Shown here: positions 12,153 to 38,600 of the stretch, one piece after another
How the letters are laid out: the number at the start of each line of letters is the position of its first letter
How positions within the stretch are numbered: the first letter of the stretch is position 1
Assembly (NCBI RefSeq): GCF_964355755.1
Contig: NC_092679.1
Location: 14,925,432 to 14,989,431 of the forward strand
Direction: 5' to 3'
Source of the DNA: Antedon mediterranea
Taxonomy: Eukaryota; Animalia; Echinodermata
DNA length: 64,000 nucleotides
Notes under the pieces: generated by a model
Database searches by the model: none
What the model saw: only the letters and a program-made list of their open reading frames with translations
What the model was told of the DNA's origin: nothing
Translations under genes and position numbers: made by a program

Positions 12153-15030
12153 ATGGCTCAAAGTAAACGTGACATAAAGAAGGTTGACATCATCCCACCA
12201 GGTTTTAAGGAAGGAGAAAAGTTGGCTTTTTATCTTGACAATGTTTTTACTAAAGAGGTAATAGATAATTTTTATTTTAGCTTTAAAATAGCACGATGGG
12301 AGGAAAAGATGTTCATAAAAATGTGAAGTGTATAAATGAATATATATTTAATATTACTTCACAATTACTTACTATGATTATCTTAATGTTTCTATAAAAT
12401 GCTTTCTCAAATGGACGACGGGTTTCCCCAGAATAATATTGTTAATTTAGTGAAAAACTATTAAATAGAATATTGCAATATACTTTGCTAAATAAAACAT
12501 TACATTTTCTACCATAGGAATGTGATGAATGGATTAAGCTAGCAGAAGATAAAGGATTTGTAGTGGCAAAAATCAATGCAGGTGCATCGTGAGTAACTTG
12601 TCTTGACACATGAAATTGTATTGACATTGTGTTTGTGATAGTTGTGTTGGTGACAGTTGGATTGGTGACAATAAGGTTCTTTATATGTAGTATGATGGAA
12701 TTAAAATAAACAAAAATGATTTCTGACATTTTGGTGACAGTTGGGTTGGTGACATTTGTGTTGGTGACAGTAAGGTTGGCAACAGTCTGGTGACAGAAAG
12801 TTTAGAGACATTATTGTTAGTGACAGCAGTTTGGTGACAGAGTTTGGTGACATTGTGGTTAGTGGCAACAGTTTGGTGACATTGTAGTTAGTGGTAACAG
12901 TCTGGTGACAGAGAGTTTAGTGACATTGTGGTTAGTGACAACAGTCTGGTGACAGTGAGTTTAGTGACATTGTGGTTAGTGGAAACAGTCTTGTGACAGA
13001 GAGTTTAGTGACATTGTGGTTAGTGACAACAGTCTTGTGACAGAGAGTTTAGTGACATTTTGGTTAGTGTAATAAATTAATAACTTATTTATAATATTTA
13101 TATTATTAATGTTTTATTTGTTTTTTAGAGAATACTTGATGAATGACTACAGAAGGGGACATAGGTGTATAATTGATTCGATGGATATCAGGGATAAGGT
13201 TTGGGAGCGAGTAGCAGAGTATGTGCCAACTAATTTCAAGAATCGTGAAGTAGTAGGACTAAATGAAAGGTACGCATGTTTATTGATTCATAATATTTTG
13301 CTATAATGGCTCAAAATTAGTCCCAGACGGGCCTAAATACAATTAGCATTCGGATTGCATTAATAATGGAATTAAAGTATTGTGTCTGTATTTAGCCTAA
13401 ATGAAATTAAGCATAGTATTATATGCATAATTGTGGAGGATTATTCAACAACACGTTTAATGACGGGGAAGGGAACAATCTCTGTTCAACCCACTGGGTT
13501 GTCAAAGGCCTCTGTAAAAAAAGTGGTCAGGTTGAAATCTTAACAAGCGTACTGGTGGCTATAAAATATTAAAAATTGACATGTATATAGATGTAATTGT
13601 TGGCTGTGATAACCCATGATCACAGTCAACTTTGGTAGGGCCTTATGCACATCTAGTGGATATGTGCACTTTATAAATTATTATTATTATTATTACATCT
13701 CTGATTTATTGTAAAAAAATAAACATCCCACTATGTTTTTTTGTATTATATTCTGTAGTACAGTATTAAGGTTATAAAATTTCCATTTTTTTTCCTTGGA
13801 CCACATTGCCAACCCACTCCAAATTTCTTCTTGAAGTGCTAACTCCTGAATATGAATAAGCCTAACTGCAAAATGACTTATAGGACAACCCACTACCATA
13901 AGCCCATCGAATATTTTGTTGAATACAACTATATTAATTATTACCTTTCATTAATTTTTTTGCATCATTTCTTCATTTTTCAGGTTTCGATTTCTTCGAT
14001 ATGATAAAGGAGGATTTTTCAAGCCGCACTTTGATGGTTGCTACGTCCGTGAAGATAACTCAGCCTTAACACAGATTACTATTCAAATTTATTTAAATGA
14101 GGTAATGTGCATATTCATTTGTTTCAAAATTTTAATAAACTTCATTGCTAACATAATATTACTAGATGTATATGTTATAGTTAAAAAGATACGAGATACG
14201 AGAAGATCACCTTAATTTAAAATGAAATGTGAAATATGTAACATGCATAAATACAAAACAGAAACAGTTGTTCTTGGTAACCATGACAAAACAATAACAA
14301 TATTTTGATGTTCATTTTGAAGGGGTTTTCTGGCGGAAGTACAACATTTCTTAAACAAGATGAACGAGTGGAGTGTGTACCAAAAATAGGTAAAGTGTTA
14401 AGTGTCTTTAATTTTTACTTCATAGTATGTGATTTAAGATGGCTCTGGGTAGGATGAACTAAGTTGTAATGTGATATATTGCTTCTATTAATCTGTACAC
14501 TTTCCTTTGTTATGCAACGTGAAAAAAAAATGTTCAAAAAATGCTGATTAAATTCAAATATCTAAAAATTTGTAATAAAAGTTTGGACACTTTGGACACA
14601 ACGCAAGTGAATGGAACAATCACAAGTGACAGTTTTTACAATACTTATTGCACAAAGCCTCTAAGCGCTTCACAATATTGCCCCATTTATTTATTTTTAT
14701 CAAACACATATGGAAACATACTCCCACAATCGGCGAAATTGCGTTTTGACTTTACCAGGTACCCATTTACACACCTGGGTAGAGAAAGGCAAACGCAAGT
14801 AAAGTGTCTTGCCTAAGGATACAAGCAATGTAGCGAGCGTTGGATTCACACTAACGATCTCATGATCACACACTGAGCCATTCGCCCTTGCGTTTAAAAT
14901 ATTTTAATTATCTTATCTTTTATTTTCAGGACGAGTTTTAGTGTTTGAGCATCAAATAAGGCATGAAGGATCTGAATTATTTTCAGGCCGCAAATACGCA
15001 ATTCGATCTGACATTCTTTACAAGATGTAA
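12153..15030 (+). CDS. Prolyl 4-hydroxylase-like 2OG-Fe(II) oxygenase, ~200 aa (6 coding exons)
   Basis: Exons 12153-12257, 12518-12588, 13129-13269, 13984-14101, 14323-14389 and 14930-15030 (603 nt, phases consistent). Motifs LDNVFTKEEC, GLNERFRFLRY, FKPHFDG (HxD), IQIYLNEGFSGGSTTF, VFEHQIRHEG (distal His) and KYAIRSD. Confidence 0.88.
12640..13070. repeat. GTGACA-rich intronic minisatellite (~43-bp higher-order unit)
   Basis: Repeated TGGTGACAGAGAGTTTAGTGACATTGTGGTTAGTGACAACAGTC and shorter GGTGACA subunits. Confidence 0.85.
14645..14890 (-). mobile_element. tRNA-derived SINE with L2-like tail; copies at ~20170-20360 and ~22585-22660
   Basis: The minus strand reads ..TCCTTAGGCAAGACACTTTAC..CTCTACCCAGGTGTGTAAATGGGTACC..AAGCGCTTAGAG, a typical SINE2 core and tail. 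Three copies in the window. Confidence 0.65.
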
Positions 15031-15129
15031 CTCCTCCTTAAAACACTCACTTAAAGTAACTTATTTTATTTCATATACTGTACAGTAAACCAAGATTACT
15101 CGTTTTGACGTTGTATTTTTACATACATA

Positions 15130-15622
15130 CAGTAGAACCTCTATTAAGGGGACACTTGCAAAACAGAAAAAGTGTCAACAGAATAGGGGTGTCCCCTAAT
15201 ATCGGGTGACTGTAGTGTTTAATTAAAACATGTTATTGCCTTTGTTCATTTCACAGAATTTTTCCTGAATTGGGGTGGGGTGTTCCCTGAATTGGGATGT
15301 CCCCCGAATTGAGGTGGGTTGTCCCCTGAATTGGGGCGGGGTGTCTCCTGAATTGGAGTGGGGTGTCTCCTGAATTTAGGTGGGGTGTCACCCTGAATTG
15401 GGGTGGGGGCATCTCCTGAATTGGAGTAGGGTGTCTCCTGAATTGGGGTAGGGTGTCCCCTGAATTGGGGTGTTCCTTGAATTGGGGTGGGGTGTTCCCT
15501 GAATTGGGATGTCCCCTGAATTGGGATGGGGTGTCCCCTGAATTGCGGTGGGGTGTCCCCTGAATTGGGATGGGGTGTCTCCTGAGTTGGAGTAGGGTGT
15601 CCTCTAAATTTGGGGTTTACTG
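15130..15622. mobile_element. Tc1/mariner-type MITE with an internal G-rich ~22-bp minisatellite
   Basis: TA|CAGTAGAACC ... GGGGTTTACTG termini. About 16 internal copies of CCCTGAATTGGGGTGGGGTGTC (15260-15615). Confidence 0.65.
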
Positions 15623-17415
15623 CATTGGTTACTTTGCAATATTTTGATATTAATTTATAAGCAATGTTATACAGATGAGATATAGAAATAAATTATATTT
15701 TATTTAGTACATAATAAATAATACAGCAATTAATTTGCATTATTAAAAATAGAGGTTATATTTTTTAGTGGAGTTGTGTCTGGATATTACGAGGACTTTT
15801 GTAATAAAATTGCATACAAAATAGATTGTCTGTGTCTTTACTTGAGCCTTAATGTGGGGTTTCATCATTAATATTATGAATACACTCCTATTATAATAGA
15901 GTATTTATTGTTATACATTCTTTGAAAGTGAAACCAAATTAATTTAACCAGCCTACCTTTAATTTTTATTTATACAGTGTATATGTTTGTGTCCGGTTTC
16001 AAGATCACGCAATTACGATGTGATACAAAACAATTGTTATTGTTGTAATCAGATAGCTAAATTAGATTCTGTAATTAAATGTTTGTTTTAGTTTACAGTA
16101 AATGTAAAAATTGGTCCAATATATAGGCCTAACATTTTTTTGCCACTTTTTTTTAGTTTAAACCGTGAAGATGTATGTATATTGAATAGAATTCAAAATA
16201 GTTAAAGTAAATTATATTGTCTTATATGTATTTAAAATATCAAATTTTTTAGATTTTCAATAGGAGACCTACTAGATAGTGATTAAGGTCATGTCTCTGC
16301 CTGGTTCTTGCTTTGTTTTTTTGTTTCTTTTTCATGTATTATTTTTGGTCTTTTTATGTATCTTTGAGGCAAAATATATCAAATACTTCTTAGTATACAA
16401 ACAGGCATATCTTTCAATCATGTTGCTGCTTTCCACTCCAAGTGAATGTCTTGATCCGCCCGGTGCATCCTGTATCAACACGGTATACAGGAGTATTATC
16501 CCAAAAATTAGTACAAACAATAAATAATAATAATAAATACTAGTTTTACTTAGGTTTTTTAAGGTTTATTTTGTTTTCTACCCTGTATCAATCCCGTAAA
16601 TAGTTAAATAATGTATAGTACTTTGATTTAAAAATGAACCCTATATATTTAAGCTATAAATTAAAACTTTTGGCATCTAACATCAAAAACAGTTTGAAAC
16701 TGTCAATGTTTTAGATCTATGTTTACAATACAGATTACATTACTGAAATATACATTAATAAAAGAGGAGTTCTAAATTGTTTGTCTAATATAAACATAAT
16801 TTAAAATGGTACAGATATTGAAATCTTCAAGAGTAACAAATTCACCCCAGATTACACAAACACACCGCTGTCATAAATATATATATTCAGCATTCTAAAT
16901 GCAAGGACCTCAATGTTCTAGCCATTGTAAATTATCTAAATCTCATTAAATTGTTTAAAATATTGGAGTTATTTTTGCCAAATTATGCAAGGTAAATTTT
17001 CATACAAAAATATATAGCCTCAAATACAAATTGCAAAGTTTCCGGGCGGTACTTGTTTACAAGAGGTACTTTTTGATCTATATATCTATTTATGCAAGGT
17101 AAATTATCATACAAAAAAAAACATATAGCCTCAATCCAAATTATAGGAGATATCTGCTTAAAAGAAGTACCAAATGCACAAACTGTGGACAGCAAAAACA
17201 AACAACTTTTAGATGAGTGTCCATTATGGAGGTGTTCGCTTACAAAGGATGTCTGCACACGGAAATTCAACTGTAGTTAGGTTTTTGTTCTTCAGAATAC
17301 AATTTAGATTAATAATTTTATGTTAATTAATGTTAATTTATGATTTCAAGCATCTTTGGTTTTCCTATACCTGTAAAAGTATGCAGTGCAAAACCTGCAA
17401 TAAGGCACTCTTTAT

Positions 17416-31151
<13,736 letters not shown>

Positions 31152-33965
31152 GATTTATTAATAATTATTATTTATCATAAATGTACAAACTACACAACAA
31201 CACACACACACGCTGCTGCTCTGCATGCTGCGCTGTTTTTATTTTGTTTATTATATATTGGTGGGACATTCCATTTTTGTCAGAAGGGGTGTCAAATTGT
31301 CAAAATTATTTATACTACCAAAAAATTAATACGAGATGAATAAATCCAACCATTTTGTAGTTCAATAATGCTATTCACTTTGGTAAAAAAAACCTGTCAA
31401 ACAAAAAAGATTTCGCTTATATGATTTATAAAATCAAAAAATAAAACTTTAAATAGGCCGTTTTTTTGTGGTTTTAATAAAACTTTTGGTCAAAAAAAAT
31501 CCAAAAAGAACAATTTCGCTTATGAAAAAGAAAAAATCAATGGTTAAATAAACCATTTGCTTTTTTATCTTTAAATTACCATTAAAAAATCCGTTCACTC
31601 AAAGTGATTAACTATTAATTATGACATAATCATGGCATATTCAACAACAAAAACATTTTAAAATTGGCTTTTAAATATGAAGACATTATAAATTAGGATA
31701 TTAGTTGAAAACTTATGATCTAAAACATAATATTTTATTGCGTGATTGTATAATATACAACCCAATAATAAACTTTAATGACAATCTACAACACAGGTTT
31801 CCCAGAGTTGAGTCAAGGGACTTCTTAACTCATAATTAATTTTAACATCATTTCAACACATCAACTAAATTTTAACGTTGATTCAACGTTGAAATTATGT
31901 TCTGTGCCCACTGGGTTACGCCACTGAATACTGATACGAAATTGAAAGCAATTATAAAAGCGGAAGAAAGCTGTCAGTTGTTAAATTGCATATCATAAAA
32001 TAGTTATTATTTGTAGATCATTTCTATTACAAGTGTGTTTAAGACGTTATTGTCTTTTACCGAAATTCTGACACTTAAATAGTTAAATAATGTAAACCAT
32101 TGACGCTTTAGTTTCCCTAGGAGGCAACGCAAAAACTTAGGTCATAACGCAAGCGAATCAACCAATCAAAAGTGATTTGAAATATCGCTTTTGATTGGTC
32201 AATTCACTTGCGCTGTGGCTGACATCCTTGCATTGCATCCTTGTTAGAACCAAGATTTAAATTAAGAAACACTGAATTAAACATCTTTCCATTGCTTTAT
32301 ATAATGTAGGGCTACTTTTCTCCAGAGGGATGCTCTGGTTCACCTAGACTTCAGAATTCTTATTATTTACGCTTCATGAAACTGGACTTAAGCTCTGTCT
32401 ACAATATCAAACTTTACGTGACAAAGAAATCCGATGTGCCCATAAATGAACATATCTCTATCACTACCATATTTAAGCATATAACTACCATATTTATCTA
32501 CCACAAAGAAATTGGAAGCCTGGCCAAGTGAGCAAAGAAAGTAGTTGGTTGTAACACCACATATTATAAAATACAAAATAATTGTTGATCTTCTTAGAAA
32601 TTACAAATACAAATATCAGATAGTATATAATTTTACAGAGAGAGAAGAGAAAGAAAATTGATCTTTTGATTGAGTACCAAATAACACAACATAATCTATG
32701 CTCAATTCTCAATTGCATTTTTTATTTCAGAAATAAAACGACCATAGTATGCATATAACTTCTTTTCACTCTTTACATAACTCTAAATGATGTGCATTTT
32801 GTGAAAATTATAAGCATTACAGCAGCCTATAGCTTATCTCATCATAAGTAAAATATCCACTGACATACTGTATATCTGACAGTAGTCTACATTACTGCAC
32901 GTATTCAGTATAAACAAATTAAATTTTTCTGGAATGTATTTGAAATGTAGGAATTATTTCTATTCATAATATTTTAGAGACAAGAGAGTTTTCTTAGATA
33001 AAACTTTTAAAATGTTCCATACTGTACTGTATATCTGTAGTCTAAATCAACCCTCTATTGTTGTATGTATTACATGTGTATTAACATTTTCAAATAAATC
33101 TACAAAAAAAAATATATAATGAATAGAATTTGGGAATAATTTGTATCAAGGCAAGATAAGTCTAAAATTGTATACAAATGTGTTTTAAATAGTCAGTATA
33201 AATAATTTTAGATACTGTAGTATAAAGTTTTACAGACAAGTTTTTGTATATTTAATCGTACAATCCCACAGTGGTCTACATAAATTCTAAATAAGTTCTA
33301 TATTATAGAGAGTATGCCTACAAAATTGCACCAATGTTACCATAGTCTACTTTAACCCTGGTTATTTTATACAATTTAAAATATGCAGTCTAAAAAACTA
33401 CAAATACACAAATTTCAAATTCTGTTTGTTAAAATTATTAAATTATTCATTATAAATTCATTGTATCTTTTCAACAATCTATTAATTGCATTTACTAAAA
33501 ATGATCGCATAATGATCATAAATCTAATTGTTTTAAATCTTTAAAATTAAGTCAAAGTTTACATTACTTTATGTATTTTATAAAATTACAATTATTTAGT
33601 ATAACAATGTTGGGTCTTAAAGACGACTGGAATGAATTTTTTACAAATATTAAGTATAGTTTACTTTGCCAGTACCTTTGTACTGTAGTCTACAAGATAT
33701 AATTCTACAAGTATATATCAAGAAACTATGGAAATCGATATGTTAATGCTGTATATAAAAATCTGTAACTTTAATGTGGGCTGAAAATAGCACAACATCT
33801 GCTTTCTACCAAATCTTTTGCTCAGTTCCAGAGCATTTCAACATGCATACATACATACAGTATAGTTTTATAGTCATTGTTCAAGGATGGTGCACCAGAT
33901 AATCTGTGAACCTATTGGAAACACAGTCAGACCTAACACAAGATCTTTGTACATCTAACAATTAA

Positions 33966-34927
33966 TTCAAATGTGCTCTTTATCTTCCATTGTCAAATCT
34001 TTAACACTCCTTGTAATAACTTATATAGTCTCATTGGCATCTTCAAGCACGTCTGATGATGAAGAGTGTGCAACGTTTGGTTCTTTCTCTGGTTAAGAAA
34101 AACTAGATGTCGATGAAGTTGACATGTTTAGTACTAAATCTGATCCATTGGAGTCATCAAAATTAGGGATGGAGCCGTCTGTTCCATCTTTAGGGGAAGA
34201 AGTCTGGTGTAGTGGACATGCTGGGTTCTCAAGTTGGCATTGCGGTTGTTTATGGGATTAGCAAGCTGGTTCAAGTTTTGGCTTGTTTTTTTAATAAGGT
34301 CTTCAACCAAATTAGCAGCATCAAATCTTGTACATGTTTTTTTTTAAATGTTGAATTAGTTTTTCAAGAGGCTCATCTTTTGCTTCCCAGGCTTGTAACA
34401 CACATTCAGTTGGTGACGGATATGTCTCACCTAATCTAATAAGATTTTCACAACCGATTACACTTGCAAGACTTCTCCAATCATTTCCGCCTACCATTGT
34501 AGGATTTAGCCTTTCACACAATTTAATTCGGAGTGGATAAGGAACTCCTAATTGACATGATATTGGTGGATAACTCTGTGGCCAAGACATTTGACTTGGT
34601 ATTACATAGTTATGATTGGAAGGAGTTGAAAATGGATAGGAAGTACCAATGAAGTGTGAGCCTTCATATGTAGAAGACATCAGACTGTTGAAATAGTCAC
34701 TGTCTCTACTTGGAAGCCGAGTTTGACTTTGTGCTATCTGAAATCTGTGACCTTGATGTTAAATGTTTGGAGTTTGGATTCTTAAGGTTTTCTTCCTGTG
34801 ACTCAAAAATGGACATCAATACGGAAGTTGACATACTAATCCAATCTGATCCATTTTGAGTTGAAGGCTCATCTATCTTTAAACATATGTTGGTTGTCCT
34901 GGCTACTGGTTTCACCTGTCAATGCAC
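33966..34927 (-). pseudogene. Degenerate second death-domain module in the 3' UTR of paralogue A
   Basis: Colinear with the last exon of paralogue B (LNPTMVGGNDWRSLASVIGCENLIRLGETYPSPTECVLQAWE; NGSDLVLNMSTSS; LTMEDK). It lies behind TAG 34928 and TGA 34919, with frameshifts near 34730, 34340 (A-run) and ~34220 and a TAA near 34094. Confidence 0.8.
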
Positions 34928-37611
34928 CTATGACATTGTGGTCGAGGTATTGGCAAGCTGATTTGAGTTTTGGTTTGTTTCCTTAATATAATCCTCAACC
35001 AATTTGGCAGCACCAAATCGTTTACATGTTTTTAAATGTTCAACTAGTTTTTCAAGATGTTCATCTTTCGCTTCCCATGCTTGTATCACGCATTCAGTTG
35101 GTGATGGAAATCTCTCACATAATCTAATGAGATCTTCATGATCAATTACACTTGCAAGCTTTCTCCAATCATTTCCATCTGTAACTGCTGGATTTAGTAA
35201 AGCACACAATTTTGAACGAAGTGAATTGGGAATTTTCACAGGAGATAATACTGGTGCCACTAGAGGTAGAACATTGTCACTATGTGATGAAGATATTTGA
35301 CTTGGAACTTTATCATAATAAATATGAGTATTAGAAGGACAGAAGGATTCTTCATTATACCGAGATGATGATGGCATCTGACTAAGAGAACATTCACTCT
35401 GAAAGGCAAAGCCACTGTCTCCTCTATCAAGAGAAAGGCTACTTAGTGGTTCGATTGGTAAGGATGTCTGTGTAGTTGGTCTGACATTTGAAGCTTGTAC
35501 AGTTGGTCGGACGTTCGAAGCTTGTATAGTTGGTCTGACGTTTGAAGACTGTGTAGTTGGTAAATTGGGTTTCTGTTTTTTGTAAAAAGAAAAAAATTAT
35601 ATAAAAGTTGAAATTAATTAAACTAAGAACTTCATACAGGTCTACATAAAGCATTATGATTTACACGTTTATCAAATTGAAAGTACAGTGCATTTTGATA
35701 CAGGTAATGTATAAAAAAACTTTTATTGGCTGGCTTTCTACAATTGCTTTTTAGGACACAATAAATATTTTAAAGAGCCTATGTTTTATATTTACAAGAT
35801 ATAAATGTGAATTGATTAATGGACGAACTTACTTTGAGTCTATTTGTGAATTCTAGTTCAACTTCATCAAAGCCATCTTGTTGAACAGATATTTGACAAT
35901 GAAACACAGTCAAATTATCATCATTCTTAAACGTGTATTGGCAGCTACCACAATCTCTCCTATACAGGCTTTTTATAGTCTGATAATAAAATAAACTTGG
36001 TTAACAGTAGAGATGATAGAATAAAAATAGCAATAACTAGATCTGTATTAATCAGTGACAAAAGTGTTTAATATACTCATTTTTTATTTCATTACAGATA
36101 TATTGTCCCCTAAAAACATAAATTCACGGCCTTCACAGTTTTAGAAAGTAAATGGTTAAATATAACCAAAATTCCAGCCAATTTGACTATTTCTTTTTTG
36201 TTCAAAGTGAATAACTATTATTAGACATTAAAATGGAATATTCAACAAAACATTAAAAACATTTTTTTCAGGGGGACAATATGAGGCAGACGATGTGAGA
36301 GCTATCAAGGTCAAAGCAAAAAATTAAAAATATCCTACATAATTTAAAACACTTGATAACAAACCAATGATGGATTTAGAAAGGTTATAATCACATACTG
36401 TAAAAAACTACTGTAACATACCTGTTCCTTTTTTTTGGTTTTCCTAATCCAACCATCTTCAGCTGTTATATTAACTTTTACACTTGAATCACATCTGAAA
36501 AGCTCAACATTTAACTTGTGAGTCATCTGATGTCTGCCTTCTTTTTTCTGTTCTCTTTCAACTTTCTGATAAACATATCAATAATAATTAAGCAATAGGA
36601 GATTTGTTGCACTATCTATACACATTAATAAAAGTTTTTATGTAACTAGGTCAAAAGTAAATTTTTAGCAAGCTTTAAAACCAACATTTCTTACTCAATG
36701 CTGGTCATTTTTAGGTTATGTGCTTTCGAAAAATAAGTTGGTGGTATTTGCTCTTCTTAAGGAGCACAAAGAATATTAAGAAAGGCAGAATACTTTCAAT
36801 TATGTTGACAAAAACGTGTGCAGAGTCACATTATTATTGATGAAAAACGACTGTTTTCAGATTGAAATAAAAGTAGTAGTCGACCTACTGTTGTAAGGTC
36901 ATCTCTTTCACCATGACAACAAATGTGAACTTCCTGGAAATCCTGAAAGTCAGCAAGTTCATTTGCGTAAACTACGATTCGCATAAGTTTAACACAAATT
37001 TCTTTTCCTGGTTCTGGGATTATAACATAGTCAGTAAAACTGTTTACAAATAGGTATCCATATTTCTTCTTGAGAAAGAGTATTGGAGATGTTGAATCAT
37101 CGTCTTGGTTGTGTTTCACTTCCTCCCAATCTTTATCTTCATCTGGAATTAAGATTGTAATAATTAACAAACTTTTGCAGGCAGCTGCAATTTTTATGAA
37201 TATTACGATAATAATAATAATAATAACAATGCATGCTCTATACTTACCAGGTTCAGCATGACTTGAATAAAGCTGAAGAGGGCAGTCTTCCTGTTTTACA
37301 GAATGAGGAAACATAATCAAAACACGTCCTTGAAACTTATAACGATTTGGAAGACATGTGATAATTGGAGCAATGCATCCTTCAGTTGAATCTTGATGTG
37401 GCACATTAGAATAATTCGAGTTAACATCCAATCCGATTTCTACAACATCTCCTTCTGGTATGGCCTTAGGTGGAATTATTAATTTAACCCCAGTATTCAA
37501 AAGAGTCAGACATGCGCCATAGGAATCCACTTTTTGCCTATTGGTGAATTTGCCCAACTCAAGTTTACCAATTCCTTCTGCACACTCAAGATTACATTGC
37601 TTGTGCATCAT
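34928..37611 (-). CDS. ZU5-UPA-death domain protein (UNC5CL/PIDD-like), paralogue A, ~517 aa
   Basis: Exons 37611-37248, 37142-36889, 36565-36422, 35979-35833 and 35572-34928 (1554 nt, in frame). ZU5 (VDSYGACLTLLNTGVKLIIPPKAIPEG..IAPIITCLP..FQGRVLIMFPHS), a UPA-like region and a death domain (LCALLNPAVTDGNDWRKLA..SPTECVIQAWE). Confidence 0.8.
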
Positions 37612-38150
37612 GCTTTTCTTTTCACAATAAACTGAAATGAAAATTCATCAAAAATGGTATGAAAAATAGATTAAATAATAAATTACTAAATTTAAATAAG
37701 AGATAATCATAATCATTTCATAAAAAACACATCATCTTGGCCTTTCAAACAAGCACAAATGTTTTGGTATTTCCGGGAGCAGAAGTGATGTTACATATTC
37801 TTCAAGACCTTTGAAATGACACCAAACACGGCTATATTACGATTATGATTCAAAATGTGATTATACATAATCATACATGACTAGTTTGATATCTATACAC
37901 CATACAGTACATGACAGTACATGCCAACACTGCTGTTTTGGCCAGGAGACTCCTGTACTTTAGACTCTTGTACATCAGGAAGTGTTATACAATTTCTGCA
38001 AGTAGAAATTAACTCGTTCTTACAGTTCATAGGAAAAAGTTCTTACTAATTTGCAGATCCAAATAGTTTATCTAATTGAAACAATAGGCTATTGTATAAG
38101 ACTTCCTGATGACTCACTTCAATATAACTGTGTCACTTATGTTTTATATT

Positions 38151-38210
38151 TCGCCTGAAGAGTGCAGCCAGCTACATGCTGCATGGTCATACGAAACAGA
38201 TTTGTAGCGA
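38151..38210 (+). ncRNA. Type I hammerhead ribozyme-like motif (Penelope-like relic)
   Basis: UCGC-CUGAAGA-[stem II with GUGCAGC/GCUGCAU hairpin]-GAAA-CAGAUUUG-UA-GCGA. The core is intact, with stem I UCGC/GCGA and a GUA cleavage triplet at 38204-38206. The stem II register is imperfect. Confidence 0.5.
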
Positions 38211-38359
38211 TTAAAACAATGAAGTAACCAAGTTTTCTGCTGTTTTTTATTTTTATTTATGCTCTACCTTGGTATTGAGCACTCTATCCTAACGGTCTGA
38301 TACTTTCAACCTGAGTATGTATATATATAATCAAAAGGCAAATTACTAAAAAATAATGA

Positions 38360-38600
38360 CAATGCTGTGGGTATCAATCAGGGAATTTGGGTATCAGTGG
38401 CTGGATCTCAATGGAGATACAAAATAAACGATAAGTAAAACAGCCAGAAAAAGTAGAAGAGCTTTCAGGCAACACTAGCCCTTCATCAGTGCAAATGAGC
38501 ATACTCGGAAAAAGTAGATAGTATAATAAGCAGACAAGCGCTGCCCGAGTAAACTGGAATAAAAGAAATAAAAACAAAGGAGGCACAGGCTGGTGAATAG
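38360..38600 (-). mobile_element. Penelope-like element 3' relic with a degenerate minimal hammerhead
   Basis: Minus strand GCA-CTGATGA-AGGGC..GCCT-GAAAGCTC (38454-38494), followed by a T-rich tail. Confidence 0.45.

Noticed and set aside
34916-34927. Micro-intron (GTGCATTGACAG) rescuing the second death domain
   Set aside because: 12 nt is too short to splice, the TAG at 34928 would remain, and further frameshifts follow.
35439-35654. ORF with repeated QTNYTSF peptide
   Set aside because: Wrong frame. The phase-0 acceptor at 35572 gives KPNLPTTQSSNVRPT..., which is continuous with the death-domain ORF.
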